NCBI GenBank assembly: GCA_963806855.1
Contig: CAWDYW010000001.1
Coordinates: 288,001 to 352,000, forward strand
DNA from: an uncultured Verrucomicrobiae bacterium
GTDB taxonomy: Bacteria; Chlamydiota; Chlamydiia; Chlamydiales; Rhabdochlamydiaceae
Direction of reading: 5' to 3'
DNA: 64,000 bases
A model generated the notes under the pieces. The model searched no databases. It worked only from the letters and a program-made list of their open reading frames with translations, and was not told the DNA's origin. Made by a program: the position numbers and the translations under genes. This document shows positions 18,790-28,067 of this stretch, piece after piece (within the stretch, counting starts at the first letter, position 1; each line of letters opens with the position of its first letter).

Positions 18790-20439
18790 GTGAGAATGCT
18801 TACAATCATTAAAACGGCAGAAAAAAAGGGTAGAAAGATTAAGTCAAGATCTAATCTTGTTATTGATGGTAAGAGTCTGACGACTTCAGAAATATTTAAA
18901 GCTGTTCATGATTTGGAATTAAAGCTCGCAGTAACAAAAAAAACATTAGAAAATATTGATGAAAATCGTAGGATTTTAACCCAATTTTTAGATGAAAATC
19001 GAGTAATTTATGGTGTAAATACAAGTGTTGGGGGTTTTGTAAATTGGCTGCTTCCTAAAAATAGAGCCAGAAAACTTCAAGAAAATCTGATCGCTGCAGT
19101 TGCAACAAATGTAGGGCCTTATTTTGATGATTCAATTTCTCGCGCTGCGATGCTTGTGCGCTTAAACTCTTTAGCTCGCGGATCCTCTGCGATTTCTTCT
19201 GAAAATTTTAATAAGTTATTGGCGATTTATAATGCTGGTATTATTCCTTGCATTCCATCTAAGGGCTCTCTTGGAGCAAGTGGAGATTTGGGCCCCTTAG
19301 CTTGTATCGCCCTTGTTGCAACAGGAAAATGGAAAGCGAAATACAATGGGAAAATTATCTCTGGTAAAAAGGCGTTAGAGCAAGCTGGGATTGAGCCAAT
19401 GAGATTAGATTTCAAAGAAGGTCTAAGTTTAGTAAATGGTACTTCTGTGATGACAGGGTTAGCTTCAATTTTGATAGAGCAAGTCAGCTCTCTTATTAAA
19501 TCTTATGATATTATCTCATGTCTTACATTTGAAAGTCTGAAGGTCAAGAAAAATCCATTTAATCCTATTGTTCATAAGCAAAAACCTCATCGCGGACAGC
19601 TGCAAACGGCTAAAAACATTTGGAATATTTTAAATGATAGCCAGATGATTGTTGAAGAGGCAGCAGTTGAGGACCAGTTGAAACCACACTTCTCTTCAGA
19701 ACCGACAGCTGCAGATGCTCCCATTGAGGACGCTTATTCAATCAGATGTACCCCTCAAATTATAGGCCCAATTCGAGACACCATTCAATGGGTTAAGGAA
19801 ATAATTACAAATGAAATTAATTCCAGCAACGATAACCCCTTAATTATTTCACAAGTAAAAGAGGTTTTCCACAATGGACATTTCCATGGGCAATATATAT
19901 CTATGGCAATGGATTATCTGGCAATATGTTTAACAACTCTTTCAAATCTATCGGATAGACGTATTGATCGTTTCATGGATCATCATCACAGCAATAAATT
20001 ACCGCCATTTTTATGCAATGAAGAGCCTGGATTTAGACTTGGACTTATGGGTGGTCAATTTATGTCGACTTCTTTGACAGCTGAGAACAGGTCATTGTGT
20101 AATCCATTGTCTATTCAAACTCTCACATCAACAGGAGATTTTCAGGACATTGTCTCTATGGGATTGATTGCAGCGCGGAGAGCGCAAGAGATTTATGAGA
20201 ATACTGTTTATATCTTGTCATTTGAGCTTTTATGTGGAGCTCAAGCTGCGGAAATTCGGAATGCTGAATTACTTAGTTCCCCAACAGGAGAGGTTTTCTC
20301 CATTGTGCGGGAAATTGTGCCATATTTATCTAAAGATGTATGCCTAACTGATTACATTGAAAAACTTGCTCAATTAATTAAATCGGAACGAATTTTAGAT
20401 GCTGTAGAAAGTGCGATGGATAAAAAGATTGCGCTTTAA
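18790..20439 (+). CDS. MIO-dependent phenylalanine aminomutase / ammonia-lyase (AdmH/EncP clade)
   Basis: YGVNTS.GGFVN, QENLIAAVATNVG, GSLGASGDLGPLA (MIO triad ASG), EDAYSIRCTPQI.GP, NSSNDNPL, FHNGHFHGQY, GLMGGQFM, TGDFQDIVS. Confidence 0.9.
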   Translation: MRMLTIIKTAEKKGRKIKSRSNLVIDGKSLTTSEIFKAVHDLELKLAVTKKTLENIDENRRILTQFLDENRVIYGVNTSVGGFVNWLLPKNRARKLQENLIAAVATNVGPYFDDSISRAAMLVRLNSLARGSSAISSENFNKLLAIYNAGIIPCIPSKGSLGASGDLGPLACIALVATGKWKAKYNGKIISGKKALEQAGIEPMRLDFKEGLSLVNGTSVMTGLASILIEQVSSLIKSYDIISCLTFESLKVKKNPFNPIVHKQKPHRGQLQTAKNIWNILNDSQMIVEEAAVEDQLKPHFSSEPTAADAPIEDAYSIRCTPQIIGPIRDTIQWVKEIITNEINSSNDNPLIISQVKEVFHNGHFHGQYISMAMDYLAICLTTLSNLSDRRIDRFMDHHHSNKLPPFLCNEEPGFRLGLMGGQFMSTSLTAENRSLCNPLSIQTLTSTGDFQDIVSMGLIAARRAQEIYENTVYILSFELLCGAQAAEIRNAELLSSPTGEVFSIVREIVPYLSKDVCLTDYIEKLAQLIKSERILDAVESAMDKKIAL

Positions 20440-20498
20440 AGTTATCAAAGTAGCTGTAAGCCAGTAAATTTTTTTGGTCAACTTGATGAGAAAAGGCT

Positions 20499-21297
20499 AT
20501 GAATTCCAAGATCTTGAAAGATGATGCATCGGATCTAGATGCTGATCTTTACACGAAAAATTCTTCCTTGCAAAACAACTTGGCTAAAGAGATTATAGAG
20601 TCCCTTCAGATTGCCCCTAACTCATTGATTTTAGATATAGGCTGTGGTGATGGTAGAATTACTGCGGAGCTCTCAAGATTAGCAAATCAGGGTAGTGTTC
20701 TGGGAATAGATGCTTCCTCGAACATGATAGATTTTGCTCTAATTAATTTTCCAAAAGCAGAATTCCCAAACCTTAATTTCAGGAGAACTATGGCGGAGAG
20801 CCTTGAGCTCAAACAGAAATATGATCACATAGTATCATTCAGCTGCTTCCATTGGTTAAAGGATCCTAGATCAGTTATGCGAAGAATTAGTGCAAATTTG
20901 AAAAAAGGAGGCGAACTATTGATTTTAACCTATCCCAAAGAATCACCTTATTATCGATATTTACAAGCTGCTCTTAAAGATTATCCGAAATATTATCCTC
21001 TTTTCCGCAAATCATGGCATGCTTGCTATTGAAGAGTATAAAAAACTACTTCGAGAGAATAAGTTTGAGATTATCGAGTTTCAGCAGCGAAATTTGATTG
21101 CTTCTTATAATAACTCCGAAGAGTTGCAAGAGTTTATTAAAGGTTGGTTAAATAATTATGTCCCCCTCCCTAAGAATTTATATCCCCAATTTCTTCAAAG
21201 GGTAAAGCGGGCCGTTGTCAATGATCCAACTACGCAGGATGGTAGAAAAATTAACGTGCCTTATACCGCTCTAGTAATCAAAGCGCGTAAATTATAG
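20499..21297 (+). CDS. Class I SAM-dependent methyltransferase (Tam-like); frameshift in T-run at ~21000
   Basis: ILDIGCGDG.IT, GIDAS.NMI, FSCFHW. The second piece (IKGWL..YVP.P) matches the C-termini of the paralogues at 21806 and 24907. Confidence 0.85.
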
Positions 21298-21744
21298 ATG
21301 GTATTTAAATCGTATAGTTTTTTATGCCGCACGAATTAAATTCGCGATCTTTGTTCATGTTTTTATAGACTTAACAACGAGCTGAGATTGGAGAAGTTGT
21401 GAATAAGAAAATAATTATTAGTCCTTGACAAGGTGAAAGCACTTAAATCCATTTTCCGCTAGACCTCCAATCAAAAAATCTGCATTATCTGCCAATGCAA
21501 TAAGGTCTGACCTTGCCCCCATCTTTGGTTATGAAATACCCTCTTTGGAACAGGAAATATGTTCTCACTTTGAGAGTTTTTGAAGAAAAAAAATTAATAT
21601 CCTAGTAGCCCCATTTAATGAGGCGGCTCGAGGAACTTTTAATTTGCCTATCTCAGCTTAATATCAGCGGCTTTGACTGAGGTTGTGCCAAAAAAATCTA
21701 TAGGTATGCCTTTCTGCTTTTCTCTTAGGACTTTACATAAAAAT

Positions 21745-21773
21745 TTGACAATTACAGCATTTTTAAATATAAT
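21745..21773 (+). promoter_or_regulatory. Perfect consensus sigma70/sigma66 promoter
   Basis: TTGACA (21745-21750)-17 bp-TATAAT (21768-21773), 32 bp upstream of the ATG at 21806. Confidence 0.7.
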
Positions 21774-21805
21774 GTTGGCTATCAATTAAATTTAACGGGT
21801 GTGTT

Positions 21806-22588
21806 ATGGTAGGCATATTAGAATTAGATGCACTTCATTATAAGAACTATTCTATATCTCAATATTCACAAGCTGGACAACTGCTGAAATTAATCGACAT
21901 TCAAGACAATTGCTCTATTCTTGACGTAGGATGTGGTCACGGCAATATTTTAGCAGAATTATCAAGTTTGGTGCCGAATGGGAGGGCTATAGGGATAGAT
22001 GCATCGCACAATATGATTTCTTTAGCTAAGTCCAGTTTTCCTAATGAAATTTACAAGAATCTAATGTTTATGCAGTTAAATGCTGAACAGATGGTTTTTC
22101 CAGAGCAGAGTTTTGATTTAATAATTTGCACAAACGTTCTTATGTGGATTAGAAAGCCTAGGACTGCATTAGATCAAATGTGCTCGTTGCTCAAGCCGAA
22201 TGGTCATATAGTTATTTTTACCTATCCTAATACAACTCCTTACGCAAAACTTTTCGAAAAAACATTAAATTCCTTGTTCCCGGAGTTGCGCAATAAATCA
22301 GCTGCAACAACTATGCTTTCTCCTCGAGAACATAAGGAAATTTTACTTCGCCAAGGTCTAGAAATCATATTATTCAGCATAGAGGATGTTGTTTTTTCCT
22401 ATGAAGATGAAAATGATTTTAAAAACTATGTTCGAGGATGGTTAAATTGTTATGCTCCCATTCCTGAAAACTTTCAAGATACCTTTTTAGATAAAATATG
22501 TGAACAAGCTCGAGAAGAAGGTTACTGCGATCGTTCTGGTAGATTCTCAATCCCCCATCAAACCATCAGAATTGTAGCTAAAAAATAA
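21806..22588 (+). CDS. Class I SAM-dependent methyltransferase (Tam-like paralogue)
   Basis: LDA.HY, ILDVGCG.G, GIDAS.NMI, LLKPNG, VRGWL..YAP.P. Confidence 0.9.
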   Translation: MVGILELDALHYKNYSISQYSQAGQLLKLIDIQDNCSILDVGCGHGNILAELSSLVPNGRAIGIDASHNMISLAKSSFPNEIYKNLMFMQLNAEQMVFPEQSFDLIICTNVLMWIRKPRTALDQMCSLLKPNGHIVIFTYPNTTPYAKLFEKTLNSLFPELRNKSAATTMLSPREHKEILLRQGLEIILFSIEDVVFSYEDENDFKNYVRGWLNCYAPIPENFQDTFLDKICEQAREEGYCDRSGRFSIPHQTIRIVAKK

Positions 22589-22601
22589 CAGCATTAAAAG
22601 A

Positions 22602-24086
22602 TCAATATAAAATTGCTTGTTGTGCCAGCTTTTTCCTGTCGATTTTTCCATTCTTTGTCATGGGCCACTTTTTTACCTCTATGAAAGATGAGGGCACCAT
22701 ATATGAGGGTAAAGTATTCGTTAAATACTCTTCTAAATTATGCAGGTTCAACTGCATTTCCTTCGAGGAATAAAAAACAATTATTTTCCTTTCCCTGACA
22801 GTTGCAATTGCTTTATCTATTCCCTGAAATCCTGAAACTTGGGACTCGATTTCTTCTAGCTCTACTCTATGTCCGTAGATTTTAACTTGAAAGTCTTTTC
22901 TTCCTGTAAATACAATATCGCCATTGGGTAATTGATAACCTATATCCCCTGTCTTGAATAATTTTATGGGATGTTTTTCCAGATTGTGGCAATAAATGAA
23001 CCTCTCGCGCGTCAAAAGCTGGTTATTCAAGTAACCTTCAGCCAAACCAGGGCCTCCCACAAAAAACTCACCTTTTGCACCAAGGGGTACAGATTTTAAT
23101 CTAGAGTCAAGGATATAAATTTTGTTGCTCGAGAAGCATTTCCCAATAGTGATTTTATTTTTATGGTTTTTAATGCAATCATAAATTATCGCAATAGTGG
23201 TTCCAATTGCATATTCAGATGGGCCATAGGTATTGTGCAAATTTGCATTTATCGCGATTCCAATATGCTTGTCCACCAGTGAGCCAGCAATCATTTCTCC
23301 ACAAAGATAGACGTTTCTAATAGAGGGGAGTTTAGCGGCGCTATCTAACAGATTAGTGTAAAATGACGGGGTAGATAGAATGAAGTCAATCGAGTTTTCC
23401 TCTATGTTCCTTACAATTTCCTTAAAGTTTTTCATGTCTATATTTCCTCTATTGTCAACTAAAGAAATTTTACCTCCTAGAAGAAGAGCGTGGATAATTA
23501 TAAGTATACTTGGATCAAAGCTTATGCTACCAGTCAGTAATGACATAGGCTTCTCAGGATGTACTTCTGAAAATGCAGTGGCCGCATGGCTTAATGAAGC
23601 GTGCGTAACAACAATACCTTTAGGCATTCCTGTAGAACCTGAGGTATAGATGATATATGCAACTTGTTCTGGTAAAGCGTCAGGCAAGTTTGTAGATTGT
23701 TCGCATAAAAGTTCATCATTTAAGTAAAAAACTTTTCCATTGAAATCAGAAAAAATATTCTCTATTCCTTCTTCGAGCACTAAAACCTTCGCCTGAGAAT
23801 CTAAAATCATATGCCGGATCCTTTTTATGGGATAATTTGGGTCTAAAGGCAAATAGACTCCTCCAGCTTTTAAAATTCCAAGAAATCCTACAATAAGATA
23901 TAAACTATTATAAAATACGAGGCCAATTACATCCCCGGGTTTAACTCCCTTAAATATCAAATTTTTTGCTAGCAAAGAAGATCGATTTTCCAATTCCTGA
24001 TATGTTAATGATCTATTCCCATACACTACAGCTATGTCAGCTGGATTTTGTTCTGCCCTAGATGAAAATAACTTACAGAAATCCAT
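22602..24086 (-). CDS. Stand-alone amino-acid adenylation domain
   Basis: LTYQEL, GILKAGGVYLPLDP, YIIYTSGSTGMPKG, SFD, YGPSE, TGD, GRKDFQVKI.GHRVELEEIE, NGKIDR; no carrier domain. Confidence 0.93.
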   Translation of the reverse strand: MDFCKLFSSRAEQNPADIAVVYGNRSLTYQELENRSSLLAKNLIFKGVKPGDVIGLVFYNSLYLIVGFLGILKAGGVYLPLDPNYPIKRIRHMILDSQAKVLVLEEGIENIFSDFNGKVFYLNDELLCEQSTNLPDALPEQVAYIIYTSGSTGMPKGIVVTHASLSHAATAFSEVHPEKPMSLLTGSISFDPSILIIIHALLLGGKISLVDNRGNIDMKNFKEIVRNIEENSIDFILSTPSFYTNLLDSAAKLPSIRNVYLCGEMIAGSLVDKHIGIAINANLHNTYGPSEYAIGTTIAIIYDCIKNHKNKITIGKCFSSNKIYILDSRLKSVPLGAKGEFFVGGPGLAEGYLNNQLLTRERFIYCHNLEKHPIKLFKTGDIGYQLPNGDIVFTGRKDFQVKIYGHRVELEEIESQVSGFQGIDKAIATVRERKIIVFYSSKEMQLNLHNLEEYLTNTLPSYMVPSSFIEVKKWPMTKNGKIDRKKLAQQAILY

Positions 24087-24099
24087 ATTTTTCTCCCCC

Positions 24100-24887
24100 T
24101 ATCTAGCCAAAGTGATGAATTAGCAGTTTCAAGGGAATTATAAGTCCTTTCGAAGGAAATCTCAACCCCCACAGATTCTCCAATAGAAGACACATATTCT
24201 ATTCGATGTACACCGCATATTATTGGTCCCATTCGAGATACCCTAAAATGGATTCGGTAGATTATTAACAATGAGATCAATTCGAGCAATGATAACCCTT
24301 TAGTCCTTGCTGAAAGCCAAGAAATCTTTGATAATGGACATTTCCATGGCCAATATAGCTCTATGGCGATGGATTATCTAGGAATTTGCTTGACTACATT
24401 ATCGAATCTTTCGGATCGATTTATGGACAGTCATCATAACAATGGTCTTCCCCCATTCCTGTGCAAAGAAAAACCAGGTCTGCGGTTTGGGCTCATGGGA
24501 GGGCAATTTATGGCAATATCCTTAACTGCCGAGAATCGCTCTCTGTGTAATCCTATCTCAATACAATCCCTTACCTCTACGGGAGATTTCCAGGATATTG
24601 TTTCATTAGGTCTAATTGCTGCTCGGCGCGCTCGGGAAATCTATGAGAATGCAGCTTATATTTTATCCTTAGAGCTTCTTTGAGGAGATCAAGCGGCAGA
24701 AATCCGAGCTGATAAACTTTTAAGCACCGGGACAAAACGAGCATTTTTACTGGTGCGCGAGTTAGTCCCATATCTCTCCAAAGATGAATGTCTCACTGAC
24801 CATCTGGAAAATTTGTCAAATTTGATAAAATCAGGTAAGCTCCTAAGAGAAATCGAAAATTCCATAGGCAGAGAACTCATATTGTAA
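24100..24887 (+). pseudogene. Decayed C-terminal half of a second copy of the 18790..20439 MIO enzyme
   Basis: PIEDTYSIRCTPHIIGPIRDTLKWIR*…NSSNDNPL…NGHFHGQY.SMAMDYL…GLMGGQFM…TGDFQDIVS. In-frame stops, a short deletion, and no N-terminal half. Confidence 0.9.
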
Positions 24888-24906
24888 ATACAAAGAGAGA
24901 GATAAT

Positions 24907-25695
24907 ATGCCAGCGAAGAAACCAACAGATCTGGATGCTCATCATTATCGCAATAATTCTGAACAGCAGTATGCTCGAGCTCACGAATTGTTAGTCCCAG
25001 AGCTTTTTGAGGAGACTGATAAAGTGTTAGACGTTGGATGTGGTGATGGTAGAATTTCGGCGGATATTGCTGATTGGGTCCCCAAGGGTAGAGTAGTCGG
25101 TGTAGATTCTTCATCGAATATGATACGCCTTGCTCAAGCATCTTTTCCAACTGCAAAGTTCCCAAACTTAGAATTTTGTCTAGGAAAAGCAGAAGAACTG
25201 TCTTTTGAAGAGCAGTTTGATAAGATTGTATGCTTCAATTGTCTACTTTGGGTTCGTGAACCAAAGAGGGCTTTAGAAAAGATGTGTGCGGCACTAAAAC
25301 CAGGGGGAAAGCTGTTCATTTTAACATATCTTAAAGAATCTTCATATGTTGATTTTTTCGAGGAAACATTAATCAATTTCCCTCAGTATAAAAAATTCTC
25401 TGCAGCTTATACTATGCTTTCTGTCGAAAGCTATAAGAATATACTGCAATCCAATAAGTTAGAGTTAGAAAAATGTGTTATTCAAGATTTAATTTCGATA
25501 TTTAAAAGCCGAGAAGAATTGAGAGATTACATCAAAGGCTGGTTATGTAGTTATGTGCCTATCCCAGAAGAAATACAGGAATCATTTCTTGATTTGGCTA
25601 TAGAGAATGCTGTATTGTATTCTGCGCAAAATATAAATGTCTCTATTAACATTCAATATAAATCTCTAATTATTCAAGCAAAAAATCCAGATTAA
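24907..25695 (+). CDS. Class I SAM-dependent methyltransferase (Tam-like paralogue)
   Basis: DLDAHHY, VLDVGCGDG, GVDSS.NMI, LKPGG, IKGWL.SYVP.P. Confidence 0.9.
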   Translation: MPAKKPTDLDAHHYRNNSEQQYARAHELLVPELFEETDKVLDVGCGDGRISADIADWVPKGRVVGVDSSSNMIRLAQASFPTAKFPNLEFCLGKAEELSFEEQFDKIVCFNCLLWVREPKRALEKMCAALKPGGKLFILTYLKESSYVDFFEETLINFPQYKKFSAAYTMLSVESYKNILQSNKLELEKCVIQDLISIFKSREELRDYIKGWLCSYVPIPEEIQESFLDLAIENAVLYSAQNINVSINIQYKSLIIQAKNPD

Positions 25696-25724
25696 TAATA
25701 TCATAAATTTGGATATCAAAATTA

Positions 25725-25965
25725 GGTGGAATTTTATTGCCTTGAATTCGCGAGCAATCATGCAGAAAGAGATCTTAGGGGAATTGTGATTACATGAAAA
25801 ATCAGCTATGGCTCTAAGGGTGAACAAGGGGATCGGTTCATTGATACCCTCAAAAAACTGGTGAAAAAATGCTCAGATTATCTCGAGGCAGTTCTTAAAG
25901 CGAGGAAGACTGGGCGGTCAGCTCCCCGTATTTTTAGCTAACTGCTATACCCTCTGAACATTTAC
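25725..25965 (+). mobile_element. IS66-family (ISBst12-like) 3' remnant with right end
   Basis: NHAERDLRGIVIT*KISYGSKGEQGDRFI matches the transposase C-terminal NxAERxLR…RK motif. Ends CTGAACATTTAC (reverse complement begins GTAA). Confidence 0.75.
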
Positions 25966-26159
25966 GACAGAAGGAGGGAGACGAAAAGGACTAGTAGGGA
26001 CAAGAAAAGTTAGTATCCAAGATAGAAACCGAGCTAGAGCGAAGAGGTGAAAGGTAAACCTTCAGCATCAAGATGGAAAAAAATAAAATATGTCGGTAAA
26101 AGACAGAATAATATCCCTGAAAGGGGTATGATTTGTCTAATAGGATAAGCCGGTAGTGC

Positions 26160-27395
26160 GTGAGTAGTAATGAGAGCGAACTGATAAAAACGATGAAAAT
26201 CCCCATTCCGTATTTGTCATTGGCGCTTTTTTTTATATTGGCTGATATTATTTGCGATAATTATATATTTAGAGCGTTCAATACCCAATCAGCATTTTAC
26301 GCATTTTTTTTATTTTTGGGTTTGTCGGCCATGCAAATTTTCGCTTCGCCTATACAAGCTGGTATTTCCGATCGTAGAAGAAAGCAAAGTTTAATATTCT
26401 CTCTTTCATGTTCGCTTCTTGCGCTTTTTCTTCTTTATTTTTTTAAGGAAAAACCTATTGTATTTCCATCGATCTTAATTTTGATTTTATTAATAAAAGG
26501 GGGGCTTGGCAATACTACGCCATTAGCTTGGTCTGCCATCGCAGATATAAGAGAAAAAAATTATAGATTTTCATTTGGCTTGTCAACTTCTTCATTTGCG
26601 ATCGCATATCTACTTTTGAGTCTGGCAAATAAAATGATAACAGAAAATGAGGCTGTTTTTATTGTCATTTGTTTATTTTCTGTGTTAATTTTATTAGGGT
26701 GCGCGATTTTCAAGAATATTCATCATGGGGCTAATCCTGAGGTAGGCTCTGCAAAAATATTGAATGTAAATTTGTTTACAAAGGAAATAAAATTAACCTG
26801 GAGAGAGCTAAAAAATAAATATACTAGAAATGGTCTTTTAGCATTTATTTTATGGGAAATTTCCCTTTATAGCGTCCTTTTACTATATGTTGATTTTTCT
26901 GTAACCCAATTTTCTTCTACCGCGATCGCAATGATGTCTGGGTATATAACCGGGGTTATTATATTAAAATTTGTAAATAAATTAAATGATTTTACGCTGA
27001 TTAGGCTTGGATATTATTTGTCTACATTTTCACTTGTTCCTTTTTTATTTTTATTGCCATTTGTTGATCAAATTAATTTCATTTTTCTGGCAGCCTGCTA
27101 TTTTTTGCACACGCTAGGAAATGCATTTCTATGTCCAACTTTTTTTTCGATTTTAGCAAAAGAGAAAAAGCTCGAAGATCAAGGGATAACTTATGGATTA
27201 GTAGGATCCGCAGACACTATTGCTTTTTTAATAGCTTCCATAGCGGTAAGAATTTATAATATTTTAAATATCAACTTAGTATATATAATTCTGCTGTCTT
27301 TCTTTACAGTAGCTATATCATGGATTCCATATAAAAGATTTGAGAATTTAAGGCTGAAATCTATTAAAAATGATGATGAAGTCAAGGAAGATTAA
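26160..27395 (+). CDS. MFS transporter (likely exporter)
   Basis: ~12 hydrophobic segments; MQIFASPIQAGISDR.RK motif-A variant, AIAD, QG..YG. Confidence 0.85.
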   Translation: MSSNESELIKTMKIPIPYLSLALFFILADIICDNYIFRAFNTQSAFYAFFLFLGLSAMQIFASPIQAGISDRRRKQSLIFSLSCSLLALFLLYFFKEKPIVFPSILILILLIKGGLGNTTPLAWSAIADIREKNYRFSFGLSTSSFAIAYLLLSLANKMITENEAVFIVICLFSVLILLGCAIFKNIHHGANPEVGSAKILNVNLFTKEIKLTWRELKNKYTRNGLLAFILWEISLYSVLLLYVDFSVTQFSSTAIAMMSGYITGVIILKFVNKLNDFTLIRLGYYLSTFSLVPFLFLLPFVDQINFIFLAACYFLHTLGNAFLCPTFFSILAKEKKLEDQGITYGLVGSADTIAFLIASIAVRIYNILNINLVYIILLSFFTVAISWIPYKRFENLRLKSIKNDDEVKED

Positions 27396-27463
27396 TTTAG
27401 TTATAGTAGTGAAAAAAAATAAAGTTCAATTTTTTAATCAAAAACTCAGCGAATTGAGGGCGG

Positions 27464-27874
27464 ATGTCAAAAGATAGGATATTGGGAACTTGGTCATTAG
27501 TCTCATATATAATATTAAGATCTGAAAACAAAGAAAAAATTTATCCATATGGAAAAAATCCAATAGGCATTCTTATTTATACGTTGCAAGATGTCTCCGT
27601 CCACATTATGCGATCAGAGCGCATTCAAAAAAACGATCTCACGGACATCAAAATCGAGGCAGCTGATAATTATGGAGGATATGTCGGGAGTTATAAAATT
27701 GAAGGAAATACTATTATTCATTATCCAAAGATTGCAAGTTTTATAAATTACCTCGGGATCCCGCAAGTCAGGGGGTTTAATCTCCAGGATGATCTTTTGA
27801 TCATTGAGTATTCATCGTATGAAGATCATGAGGAAATTCACTCTGAGCTTATTTGGGAAAGAGTCGGACAATAA
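27464..27874 (+). CDS. Lipocalin-like domain protein
   Basis: LGTWSLVS, P.G.NP.G.L.YT, Y.G.Y, Q.R, L.WERV. Confidence 0.8.
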   Translation: MSKDRILGTWSLVSYIILRSENKEKIYPYGKNPIGILIYTLQDVSVHIMRSERIQKNDLTDIKIEAADNYGGYVGSYKIEGNTIIHYPKIASFINYLGIPQVRGFNLQDDLLIIEYSSYEDHEEIHSELIWERVGQ

Positions 27875-28067
27875 GCATTGACATTTGATGTCCACACTCT
27901 GACATAGTTAAATCTTTATATTAAAAAGTAATTAATGCAATGCGTGTAAGTTATTTGCGAAATGTTTCACTTTTAGATTAATAAAGAATGTGTTAATAAA
28001 ATATTAAAAAATTTAACCTTTGAATTGAGAAAAAATTTGGAAAAATGAGGAAAAAAAGCTATAATAG

